Of a stretch of 64,000 bases of DNA, positions 10,817 to 19,546 are shown in pieces. Position numbers and translations under genes: made by a program. The DNA is from Magnetococcales bacterium (GTDB taxonomy: Bacteria > Pseudomonadota > Magnetococcia > Magnetococcales > JADFYX01). The stretch spans positions 46,190 through 110,189 of the forward strand of contig JADGBW010000001.1 of the NCBI GenBank assembly GCA_015231305.1. The letters are read 5' to 3'. Each line of letters starts with the position of its first letter. The stretch's first letter is position 1. The notes beneath the pieces were generated by a model. The model was not told the DNA's origin. It ran no database searches and saw only the letters and a program-made list of their open reading frames with translations.

Positions 10817-11660
10817 AAACCCTACTACACCGAAACTTATCTACCCAGACACCCCTCCTCTGGACAATCGCTCGAGACAACTTCGTAAGCTTGTTTTACG
10901 AGCAATGGTAGGTGGTGGACGCGGACACCCTGGCTCGGCTCTCTCTTTAATTGAGATTTTACGTTGTCTTTACGATGATATTTTGAATGTAAAAGCCGAT
11001 AAGCCAAATTGGGATAAAAGAGACCGTTGCATATTAAGCAAAGGTCATGGTTGCTTGGCACTTTACGCTATACTCTCTGATAAAAAATTTTTTCCAGCAT
11101 CACAGCTAGATACATTTTGCCACTTCGACTCCATTCTAGGGGGACACCCAGAATGGGGTAAAATTCCTGGAGTTGAGGCATCTACAGGTGCGTTAGGACA
11201 CGGCCTATCTATAGGTGTTGGTCATGCTATTGCAGCTAAGTTACAAAAAAGAAAAAGCCGTTCTATTGTAGTGATGGGTGATGGTGAGATAAATGAAGGC
11301 TCGGTTTGGGAAGCAGCAATGACCGCAGCAAAACACAAATTAGATAACTTAATTGCTGTTATCGATTATAATAAATTACAGTCTTACGGCCCTACAAAGC
11401 AGGTAATGGACATGGAACCCATGACCGACAAATGGCAAGCATTTGGTTTTACTGTTATAGATGTAGATGGGCACAATATGCTTGAGTTAAAAAAAGCATT
11501 TAAAAAACCACCTATTGACGGCAAACCTACTGCTATTATTTGCCATACAATTAAAGGCAAAGGGTTGCCCCCTGCTGAAAACAACCCAACATGGCATCAT
11601 AAATCCCGAATAACACCAGAACAGTTAGAGCAACTGTATCAAGCCCTGGAAGAGAATTAA
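10809..11660 (+). CDS. Transketolase, N-terminal (TPP-binding) subunit of a split transketolase
   Basis: GHPGSALSLIEIL, SKGHGCLALYA, GALGHGLSIGVG and GDGEINEGSVWEA are transketolase N-terminal signatures. It overlaps the upstream gene by 8 nt. Confidence 0.85.
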   Translation: MLENPTTPKLIYPDTPPLDNRSRQLRKLVLRAMVGGGRGHPGSALSLIEILRCLYDDILNVKADKPNWDKRDRCILSKGHGCLALYAILSDKKFFPASQLDTFCHFDSILGGHPEWGKIPGVEASTGALGHGLSIGVGHAIAAKLQKRKSRSIVVMGDGEINEGSVWEAAMTAAKHKLDNLIAVIDYNKLQSYGPTKQVMDMEPMTDKWQAFGFTVIDVDGHNMLELKKAFKKPPIDGKPTAIICHTIKGKGLPPAENNPTWHHKSRITPEQLEQLYQALEEN

Positions 11661-12589
11661 TGCGTAAAACCTCACTTAATTCTGTAACTAAACTAGCCAA
11701 AAAAGATAAGCGAGTCCTGTTTATAGGTTCAGATCTTGGCGCAGGAACAATGGATGAGTTTCGCGAAAGTTATCCTGAGCGTTTTTTTATGGAAGGAATA
11801 GCTGAGCAAAATATGATTGGTATGGCAGCAGGGCTAGCAATGGACGGTTTTATTCCATACCTAAACACAATTGCCAGCTTTATAACCCGCCGTTGTTTAG
11901 AACAAATTACAATTGATTTATGCCTACATAACCTACCTGTTCGGCTGCTAGGTAATGGTGGTGGCTTGGTTTATGCTCCTCTAGGTCCAACTCACCTTGC
12001 ACCTGACGATATCGCCCTTATGCGCGCCTTACCCAACATGACCATTGTTGCTCCATCAGATGCCATGGAGATGCAAGAAATAATGAAGCAAACTTTGGAT
12101 ATTCCTGGGCCTGTTTATATACGCTTGGGTAAAGGTGGAGACCCAGTGGTTTTCCCCAAAGGTGGTAAAACAAAAATTGGTAAGGCTATGCAGCTTCGTG
12201 AGGGACGCCACGCTATTTTTATTTCCACGGGCATCATGACCCATAAAGCTATAGTTACAGCAGATATGTTAGCTAAAAAAGGTCTAGACTGTGCTGTTTT
12301 GCACTGCCATACAATTAAACCCTTAGATGATGAGGCAATATTGTCTGCAGCATCTGATTTTCCTTTAATTATAACACTTGAAGAACATTCACGTGTTGGT
12401 GGGCTTGGAAGTGCAGTGGTAGAGCTACTTGCAGACAACGGCCCCTACCCCAGACTTAAAATTTTACGCCTTGCTCTACCAGATAGTTTTCAAAAAAATT
12501 ATGGCTCTCAAGATGCTCTGTTAGAGGCTGCCGGACTCTACCCCAAAAAGATAGCAAAAACCCTTCTAAACACTATGTTCGGAGCTTAA
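11660..12589 (+). CDS. Transketolase, C-terminal (pyrimidine-binding) subunit
   Basis: ERFFMEGIAEQNMIGMAAGLAMDGFIPY and GPTHLAPDDIALMRALPNMTIVAPSD are the supporting motifs. The start overlaps the previous stop (TAATG). Confidence 0.85.
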   Translation: MRKTSLNSVTKLAKKDKRVLFIGSDLGAGTMDEFRESYPERFFMEGIAEQNMIGMAAGLAMDGFIPYLNTIASFITRRCLEQITIDLCLHNLPVRLLGNGGGLVYAPLGPTHLAPDDIALMRALPNMTIVAPSDAMEMQEIMKQTLDIPGPVYIRLGKGGDPVVFPKGGKTKIGKAMQLREGRHAIFISTGIMTHKAIVTADMLAKKGLDCAVLHCHTIKPLDDEAILSAASDFPLIITLEEHSRVGGLGSAVVELLADNGPYPRLKILRLALPDSFQKNYGSQDALLEAAGLYPKKIAKTLLNTMFGA

Positions 12590-12595
12590 AACATA

Positions 12596-13660
12596 ATGTC
12601 AAAACTTTATAGCAGTTTAAAATTCCTTCGCTTTCATGATCACCTTGAAGCTCTGAAAAACCGCAAAGTCATAGCACCAGTTCATATTCGCATAAAACCA
12701 ACAAACCACTGTAACCATGACTGCTGGTATTGTGCTTATAAAGTAGACCATTTACAGCTTGGTGAAGATATTGTTGAAGCTGACATTATCCCTAAGGAAA
12801 AAATGGTTGAGATTGTTGAAGATATAATAGACATGGGAGTAAAGGCAGTTACATTTTCTGGTGGTGGTGAACCTCTACTATACAAAACATTGCCTGAAAC
12901 AATAGAACGCTTAGCCCAAGGTGGAGTTAAAGTTGCAACTTTAACCAACGGCAGTAATTTAAAAGGTCGCACAGGTGATGCTTTAGCTAAATATGGCACA
13001 TGGGTGCGTATATCAATAGATGCTTGGGATGATGCTAGCTATAACAAAGCACGGGAAATAAAAGGCAACAATTTCAGCCAAATTGTTAGAAACATGAGGG
13101 AATTTGCCGATAAAAAATCACCCTGTGTACTTGGTGTTAGCTTTGTGGTAACAAAAGACAATTATAAACATCTCATTGAGGCCTGCAAAATATTTAAACA
13201 AGCTGGTGTAAACCATGTAAAACTATCTGCTGTTGTTATCTCTAATGATGGCAGAAAAAACAATCAATACCATGGGGAAATTATGAAAGAAGTCTCTGGC
13301 TTAATTACCAAAGCCCAAGAGCTTAACGATGAAAATTTCACCATTATCAATCACTATCACGAACTTGATGAACGGTTTGATAAAACCTACAAAACTTGTT
13401 CATTTCTGCAATTTTTAACAGTTATCGGAGCCGACTGCCAAGTATACTCATGTCAAGATAAAGCCTATAATGATAAGGGGCTGATGGGATCTTTTAAAGA
13501 CCGTTCATTTAAAGATTTTTGGTTTTCCGAAGAGAACTACAAACGGATTTATTCACTTGATCCCACAACTGATTGCAAACATCACTGTGTCTCTCATGGA
13601 AAAAACCTAGCGATTAACGAATTTTTAGATACAGACCCAGATCACGGCCTGTTTGTATAA
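12596..13660 (+). CDS. Radical SAM enzyme
   Basis: CNHDCWYCAY gives CxxxCxxC at aa ~39-46. FSGGGEPLL is also present. The start lies 6 nt after the transketolase C-subunit stop. Confidence 0.75.
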   Translation: MSKLYSSLKFLRFHDHLEALKNRKVIAPVHIRIKPTNHCNHDCWYCAYKVDHLQLGEDIVEADIIPKEKMVEIVEDIIDMGVKAVTFSGGGEPLLYKTLPETIERLAQGGVKVATLTNGSNLKGRTGDALAKYGTWVRISIDAWDDASYNKAREIKGNNFSQIVRNMREFADKKSPCVLGVSFVVTKDNYKHLIEACKIFKQAGVNHVKLSAVVISNDGRKNNQYHGEIMKEVSGLITKAQELNDENFTIINHYHELDERFDKTYKTCSFLQFLTVIGADCQVYSCQDKAYNDKGLMGSFKDRSFKDFWFSEENYKRIYSLDPTTDCKHHCVSHGKNLAINEFLDTDPDHGLFV

Positions 13661-13749
13661 CAAATAAATAAGGTTGGCCTGGTAATGGAGAGCATCCCTT
13701 CCTAGTAGGGTTTAGAGAAAAGCTCCAAGAAAGAAAGAGGAAAAAGAAA

Positions 13750-14424
13750 ATGAAAATGAAAATGAAAAGAGTAGACTTCATATCCGAACTACACACAAAA
13801 ACCAAGCGCAATTATGTTCAAAGAGTAGTAGAACATGACAAAGCCAAATGTGCCGTAAAGGCCAAACAGTGGGACTTTGACTATTGGGACGGAGATAGGC
13901 AATACGGGTATGGTGGTTATAGTTATGACGGCAGATGGTTATCGGTAGCTAAAAAGATGGCAAAACACTACGGCCTAAAAGCCGGTGACCGTATCCTAGA
14001 TGTAGGGTGTGGAAAAGCATTTTTATTATACGAATTCACTCAAGCTGTACCGGGTTGTGAAGTTGTAGGTCTAGATATATCCCCCTACGCAATAAAACAC
14101 GCCAAAGAAGAGGTAGCTCCATTTATAAAAGAGGGCAACGCAACCAACTTACCATTTGAAGATAACAGCTTCGACTTTGTATTCTCCATAACCACACTAC
14201 ACAACTTCCCCTGCTACGATCTAGAAAAAGCATTATCAGAGATAGAACGCGTAGGCAAAGACAAAAAACTAGTAGTTGTGGAGTCCTACCGCAACGAAGA
14301 AGAAAAAGCCAACCTACTATACTGGCAGCTAACCTGCGAATCCTTCTACAAGCCCGACGGCTGGCAATGGTGGTCAGAACATTGTGGCTATAGTGGAGAT
14401 TGGGACTTTATCTTTTTTGAGTAA
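13750..14424 (+). CDS. Class I SAM-dependent methyltransferase
   Basis: ILDVGCGKAFLL is motif I. VVGLDISPYAI and FDFVFSITTLHN follow. The gene is visibly more GC-rich than its neighbours. Confidence 0.75.
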   Translation: MKMKMKRVDFISELHTKTKRNYVQRVVEHDKAKCAVKAKQWDFDYWDGDRQYGYGGYSYDGRWLSVAKKMAKHYGLKAGDRILDVGCGKAFLLYEFTQAVPGCEVVGLDISPYAIKHAKEEVAPFIKEGNATNLPFEDNSFDFVFSITTLHNFPCYDLEKALSEIERVGKDKKLVVVESYRNEEEKANLLYWQLTCESFYKPDGWQWWSEHCGYSGDWDFIFFE

Positions 14425-14537
14425 AATTTCAAAAAGCAGGTATTTTATAAAAAGTAATTACAATAAAATAAAACATAAATAAGAATAGGCTATAAATGGT
14501 TAAAAGCCTAACTCCATATGTAGGTAGGGAAATAAAT

Positions 14538-14760
14538 ATGGACAAAACCATAATAGCAATTAAAGTCCAAGCCTTAAAATTAAATCCAGCGGATCGCCTT
14601 GTTTAGCTAATGCTATTATTAGCAGCCTAGATGAAGTAGATAGTAAAATGGACCGTCTATGTGGTCCAAAGAGGCTGAAGAACGCTTATCTGCCTATAAA
14701 AGAGGTGAGCTAAAGGCTATTTACATGGATAAGGTGCTTGATACACACCTAACACAGTAA
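14538..14760 (+). pseudogene. Frameshifted remnant of a small addiction-module (antitoxin-type) component
   Basis: Three frames together read MDKTIIAIKVQALKLNPADRLV / LANAIISSLDEVDSKMDRL / WSKEAEERLSAYKRGELKAIYMDKVLDTHLTQ*. This matches the ..L..eeR..La..L..SL......W..Ea.rR...y..G layout of the putative addiction-module component family. Two frameshifts are needed, and no partner toxin gene is present. Confidence 0.45.
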
Positions 14761-14834
14761 ACATCTTTTTGCTGTATACTTTTTACACCACCACCAGAAT
14801 AAAAAACTAACAAACTACTAAGTCAAGATTTAAC

Positions 14835-16361
14835 CTACTCCATCAAAGTTTTAATATACCCGAAAATATGGTCCGCTCCTACAGTTTTGCGGTTGCAGAC
14901 TATAGCTACATCTAGGGCTGCGGCTGCGCTGCCTAGAAATAGGGCTAGCTTGGGGTGTATGCCACCGGCTAGGCTTAAACCAGAAAGGGATAGGAATGCG
15001 TCTCCTGCTCCTATACGGTCTACTACGTGGGTGGATAGGGCTGGTATGTCGTGGACTTTTCTGGCATCTAGGTTCAACATTACAGCACCGGTCTGACCCA
15101 TGGTTATGGCGAAGTATTTTGCTTTTACTGCTGCTGCTAGATCATCCGCAATCATGGTTATTGGGTCATGCCTGTTGTGTGAGGCTAGGCGAACCTCTGG
15201 CTCATTTATAGATGCGTAGTCTAAATTAGGATACCTAGTTATTACATGATGCCCCCTGTTACCACTGTTAATTTGAGTATTCACTGCTAAAAATTTGGCT
15301 GAATCACTCAGGGCTGCAACCATGCTGCTTGAGATAAAACCGTTGCCATAATCTGCCACCAAAACCACATCATAATCTTTGGCATTTTGGTTTATCCACT
15401 GACAAATATCAGCGTCTTGCTCAGCAGAAAGAGGTGCGTTATCATAGAGGTACACCTCAAACAATTTATTCATGTTGTTGTCTATGTAACGCTTTTTTAC
15501 CAGAGTCTGCCCTTGGTTAAAATAATAGAAATTTGGCGTTACATTTTCAGCAAGCTTTCCACGTATAAATGTTTCGTGAACATCATCTTTACCTAACCCA
15601 GTTAATAAGGTAACTTCACCTGCAAACTCTGCTAAATGGTTGGCAACAGCAAGTGAGCCTCCAGCAAAAAATTCGTTCGACCCATAATGGACTGAAATAA
15701 TATTTCCACTTTTACCAGTCATACCCATAGGGGTTGAATAACAATATTCATCAACAATTGCTTCTCCAACCACCAATACTTTAAGAGATTTAAGAGCTTT
15801 TACCTGATCAATAATTTCATTTGCAGTGTACTCTTTTTTCAGGCGGTGCAGATAGTTTCTCACACTTGGAGATAGCTCTGCCAAGATATCGTTATCTTCT
15901 TCATCACCTGTAAATGCTGGGTTATCTAAAACAAGTAAACGACCACCAAAAGCTTCTACTGCTTGTTTTTCTTGAACTCTATCTGAGCTATAGCCGTTTT
16001 GATCTGACTCTTTCATGTTAGAAGTAAATAGGAATAAGTCTGGCTGTATTTCCCTGATGATTGCAGCAGCATTGGGAGCATCCAAAATCACTACCCAATC
16101 AACACAAGATAGCTCTGCAACACTCTCTGCTCGCATTGCAACTGAATAAGCTGACTGACTAGGGCTTTGGCTAACAAATCGATCAGTAGCAATGGACACT
16201 ACCAATACGTCACCCTCTTGCCTTGCTTTACGCAGGTTTAAGATATCACCCAGATGTAGAGAGTTGAAAGTACCGTGACAGTAGACTATTTGCCTGTCTT
16301 GACCCTTCAAAAAGCGGATCTTTTGGGCTAACTCATTTTTTGAAATAATTTTTTGTGACAT
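14835..16361 (-). CDS. Bifunctional sugar-phosphate nucleotidyl(cytidylyl/adenylyl)transferase and PfkB-family sugar kinase (HldE/RfaE-like, reversed domain order)
   Basis: The N-terminus has CHGTFNSLHLGDILNLRKARQEGDVLVVSIATD (cytidylyltransferase HxGH-type motif). The C-terminus has VLVVGEAIVDEY...GGSLAVANH...DRIGAGDAFLS (PfkB signature). Confidence 0.75.
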   Translation of the reverse strand: MSQKIISKNELAQKIRFLKGQDRQIVYCHGTFNSLHLGDILNLRKARQEGDVLVVSIATDRFVSQSPSQSAYSVAMRAESVAELSCVDWVVILDAPNAAAIIREIQPDLFLFTSNMKESDQNGYSSDRVQEKQAVEAFGGRLLVLDNPAFTGDEEDNDILAELSPSVRNYLHRLKKEYTANEIIDQVKALKSLKVLVVGEAIVDEYCYSTPMGMTGKSGNIISVHYGSNEFFAGGSLAVANHLAEFAGEVTLLTGLGKDDVHETFIRGKLAENVTPNFYYFNQGQTLVKKRYIDNNMNKLFEVYLYDNAPLSAEQDADICQWINQNAKDYDVVLVADYGNGFISSSMVAALSDSAKFLAVNTQINSGNRGHHVITRYPNLDYASINEPEVRLASHNRHDPITMIADDLAAAVKAKYFAITMGQTGAVMLNLDARKVHDIPALSTHVVDRIGAGDAFLSLSGLSLAGGIHPKLALFLGSAAAALDVAIVCNRKTVGADHIFGYIKTLME

Positions 16362-16393
16362 CGTATCAGTAAAAAATACTCTTTTTAATATTT

Positions 16394-17503
16394 TTAGAAG
16401 GGTCCAACATATGCCGGGTTGGGAATATCACGAAGGGAGGTTCTTCTCACCCTTTTACACATCTCTTGAGTTGGTAATTTTTGCTCGTCATCAACAAGAG
16501 AGACAATAGCTTTAACGATAGTTTCTGCATCAGGGTAGTAGTCGTCTGCAAGATGTTTTGATGTAGGAGCCGGATGGTCTGGAAGGGTAATGCGCATTGG
16601 TGGCTTTTTTAAATATTGAAAAGCATTTTCAACAGTTCTTGCCATTATCTCTCCACTAACACCACAAGAAGCCCAGCCAGTGTCTAGAACCATCAGTAAG
16701 CCTGTTTTTTCTACTGATGCTAAAACTGGGTCCATGTCTAGAGGTCGCACAGACCGCATATCTATAATTTCAACTTCAACCCCATGTTCAGCCAAAACTT
16801 GAGCAGCTGCTATTGCTTCAATGGTCATGTGAGAGAACGTAGCAACTGTTATGTGGCTACCTTTTTTAACAATACTGGCTTTGTCTAAGGGAACAAGATA
16901 TTGCTCTTTTGGTACGTCACCTTTTAAGTTATACAGCCATCTGTGTTCTATGAACATTACTGGGTTATTATCTTTTATAGCACTAAGTAACATACCTTTT
17001 GCATCATATGGTGTTGTAGGCATAACAACTTTTAAACCGGGTATGTGGGCAAAAAGAGATTGTAAACTTTGAGCATGTTGCGGACCCTGCCCCCAACCGC
17101 GTCCAATTAACATCCGCACTACCAACGGTACAGTTACTTGACCATTAAAAACATAATGTAGTTTAGCTGCATTATTTATAAGTTGATCTAAGGATAAAAG
17201 CGCAAAATCTATTCGTTGATGAACCAAAATAGGCCGAAAACCACTCGTAGCCAGCCCAATACATACACCAGTCATACCATTTTCAGCTAATGGCATCTCA
17301 GTTACCCGGTCTGGGCCAAATTTTTCTACAAGACCTTCTGTGGTTCTAAATATTGACTTTGGGTCAGCGACACCTTCACCAATAACCATGATAGATTTAT
17401 CACTCTCCATAGCCTGATACTGGGCCTCTTGGAGAGCTTCGCCAAAGTTAATTTCTCGTATGTTTTTCTCGGTGGAAGCATTATCTATAGTACTACTGGG
17501 CAT
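16394..17503 (-). CDS. 2-oxoacid dehydrogenase E1 component, beta subunit-like (TPP enzyme)
   Basis: INFGEALQEAQYQAMESDKSIMVIGEGV, RVTEMPLAENGMTGVCIGLATSGFRPI and RPLDMDPVLASVEKTG are the supporting motifs. The likely start is ATG 17503 (MPSSTIDNAS), overlapping the alpha-subunit stop. The track start is 17548. Confidence 0.85.
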   Translation of the reverse strand: MPSSTIDNASTEKNIREINFGEALQEAQYQAMESDKSIMVIGEGVADPKSIFRTTEGLVEKFGPDRVTEMPLAENGMTGVCIGLATSGFRPILVHQRIDFALLSLDQLINNAAKLHYVFNGQVTVPLVVRMLIGRGWGQGPQHAQSLQSLFAHIPGLKVVMPTTPYDAKGMLLSAIKDNNPVMFIEHRWLYNLKGDVPKEQYLVPLDKASIVKKGSHITVATFSHMTIEAIAAAQVLAEHGVEVEIIDMRSVRPLDMDPVLASVEKTGLLMVLDTGWASCGVSGEIMARTVENAFQYLKKPPMRITLPDHPAPTSKHLADDYYPDAETIVKAIVSLVDDEQKLPTQEMCKRVRRTSLRDIPNPAYVGPF

Positions 17504-18470
17504 AAGTGAAGTCCCCACTAGTTTGGGGTTTTGGATCAGGGCTAGCAAAGCTAAATTGAAAAGATGCTTCTACCTCTGCTTTTACATTTTCTTCTAAGGT
17601 TGCAAAGTCCTTTTGGCTCCAGCCAAATTTCTGCGTCAACTCTTCGGCTGCTCTTTTCAAAGGACAGCGATCTTCCCTAAACTTTGGAGTTTCATTTGGG
17701 CGATAGCCAAGATCATCATCAAACTCATGGCCAACATGACCAAGCCACCTATATGTTTTAAACTCTAAAAATTGTGGCCCCTCTCCTCTTCTGGCTTTTG
17801 CTACTGCTTCACCAGCCAAGTGTGCAACCTCAACCACATCGTTGCCGTCGCCAGTATAAACCCCCAAGCCATGGGCCTTAGCAACCCCAGATATAGATCT
17901 AATTGGCTGTCTTTCGGCGAGAGGGGTATATACAGACATACCATTATTTTCACAAACAAAAATAGTGGGGATGTTTTTTAAGGCAGCAAAATTCATAGAC
18001 TCATGTAAAACTCCCTCTTCAAAACAGCCGTCTCCAAAAAATACAACAGAGACATGTTCTTCTTGTTTTAATTTAAATGACCACCCCGCACCAACAGCAA
18101 GGGGAACTGTACCACCAACAATAGGTACTGCTCCAGAAAACCCAGCTGCGTTATCTATGAGGTGCATAGACCCCCCCCTACCACCACAGCAACCAGTGGC
18201 TTTACCATATATTTCAGCCATCATTGCATTTAAGTCTCCACCCTTAGCCATATAATGACCGTGTGAACGGTGGTTTCCAAAAACTACATCTGGTGTAGTA
18301 AGGTTAGCACAAACACCTGCGGAAATTGCCTCTTCTCCAATACAAAGATGAACAGGGCAACGCATTTCCTGTTCATGATATCGGTTAGCTATGGCCTCTT
18401 CAGCCCGACGAATCCGTAACATACTATGATACAGAGCAGGCAGATCGATGGTGCTTTCTTCAGTCTTCAC
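17493..18470 (-). CDS. 2-oxoacid dehydrogenase E1 component, alpha subunit-like (TPP-binding)
   Basis: RRAEEAIANRYHEQEMRCPVHLCIGEEA is present. The TPP motif is FFGDGCFEEGVLHESMNFAALKNIPTIFVCENNG. Confidence 0.85.
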   Translation of the reverse strand: MKTEESTIDLPALYHSMLRIRRAEEAIANRYHEQEMRCPVHLCIGEEAISAGVCANLTTPDVVFGNHRSHGHYMAKGGDLNAMMAEIYGKATGCCGGRGGSMHLIDNAAGFSGAVPIVGGTVPLAVGAGWSFKLKQEEHVSVVFFGDGCFEEGVLHESMNFAALKNIPTIFVCENNGMSVYTPLAERQPIRSISGVAKAHGLGVYTGDGNDVVEVAHLAGEAVAKARRGEGPQFLEFKTYRWLGHVGHEFDDDLGYRPNETPKFREDRCPLKRAAEELTQKFGWSQKDFATLEENVKAEVEASFQFSFASPDPKPQTSGDFTYAQ

Positions 18471-18851
18471 AACTATTCTTCAGCCTCATAAAAAGTAATA
18501 TAAACTACTTGATTTTATGAATTATGGGTAATATTTCATAATTTGTAAATTTAATTCAATTTCTCATCATAACAAAAAAACTACGCAATTTAAATCTGGT
18601 TACTAAAAAATATTCATAGCACCATGATTAATACCAACTAAGGATAAACTATAATTTCTTAAATGGATAAGCAGTTTATTTTTATTAAAGATATTCTCTC
18701 AATATCATCTATAATCCATATACTTAATAAAAACTACTTTTTACTTTCATCTTGTTGGATCAAGGTTAATATAGCACTTTATAAATTATGGATATGAAGT
18801 ATAAACGAACAGAGAGTCTTAGAACAATATTCCAGTTTTATTATTTTTTGT

Positions 18852-18880
18852 TTGACAGCATTCAAATACACTGTTATGTT
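18852..18880 (+). promoter_or_regulatory. Sigma70-type promoter for the cold-shock gene (-35 TTGACA, 17-nt spacer, -10 TATGTT)
   Basis: TTGACA lies at 18852-18857 and TATGTT at 18875-18880, with an A/T-rich tract upstream. This implies a leader of roughly 210 nt before ATG 19100, as in cspA-type genes. Confidence 0.5.
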
Positions 18881-19099
18881 CCTGTCAATTAATTGGTAAT
18901 TGTATTGAAAACATAGCCCCCTACAAGTGGTAAAAGCCTCATTGCAATCTTCATGGTCATTGTTCTTTCCTCAGATTCCGTTTCGGTTCTCAGACATGAT
19001 ATGCAAGTTAAAGACTCGTCGATTCCTAAATGGGTGTCTGGAGGTTCTGTCTCAATGTTAAGCCAAGTTCATTTCAATTTGCGTAAGGAGTAGTACAAA

Positions 19100-19312
19100 A
19101 TGTCAGATCGTGAAACAGGTATTGTAAAGTGGTTCAACGACAGCAAAGGCTTTGGCTTTGTAGAACGTGACGAGGGCCGTGGTGATGCATTTGTTCATCA
19201 TTCAGCAATCGGTGGCGAGGGTTTCAAATCTCTCCAAGAAGGACAGCGTGTTGAGTTCACATGTGTAGAAGGTCAAAAAGGTCCAGCTTGTGAAGATGTA
19301 ACACCTCTATAA
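19100..19312 (+). CDS. cspA: Cold-shock protein, CspA family
   Basis: [15 protein letters not shown] carries RNP1 and DAFVHHSAI carries RNP2. The protein is 70 aa and AAGGAG lies upstream. Confidence 0.9.
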   Translation: MSDRETGIVKWFNDSKGFGFVERDEGRGDAFVHHSAIGGEGFKSLQEGQRVEFTCVEGQKGPACEDVTPL

Positions 19313-19343
19313 GCTGATCTAAAACTTAGAATTTCTAGGTTAA

Positions 19344-19374
19344 ACACCGTCCCAATTGGGACGGTGTTTTTTTA
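19344..19374 (+). terminator. Rho-independent terminator of the cold-shock gene
   Basis: ACACCGTCCC-AATT-GGGACGGTGT is a perfect 10-bp stem followed by a T7 run. Confidence 0.8.
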
Positions 19375-19546
19375 TGGGATAATTTCAAAAATAAAAATTC
19401 TTCTTTACCAGTTTTAATCTGATTTTTGAAATTCTGATAAATCAACAATATAGATTGTAAATCATTAGATTCAACACATTCCCACCTTTTTAAGGAAAAA
19501 TAAATTTTATTTTTAATTGGTTTAAACAAGTAACAGGTTCATTTTT

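Noticed and set aside
3404-13660. A RiPP (peptide natural product) interpretation of the radical SAM/SPASM/B12 cluster
   Set aside because: I scanned the intergenic gaps (2730-2874, 3361-3403, 8968-9133, 13661-13749). I found only trivial ORFs of about 11 aa or less and no plausible precursor peptide, protease or transporter. Transketolase, E1, nucleotidyltransferase-kinase, WbuC-like and CgeB-like genes point to sugar chemistry. This is not excluded without HMM searches.
19335-19529. A 64-aa minus-strand ORF downstream of cspA
   Set aside because: It spans the cspA terminator hairpin, has a low-complexity AT-driven sequence and lacks an RBS.
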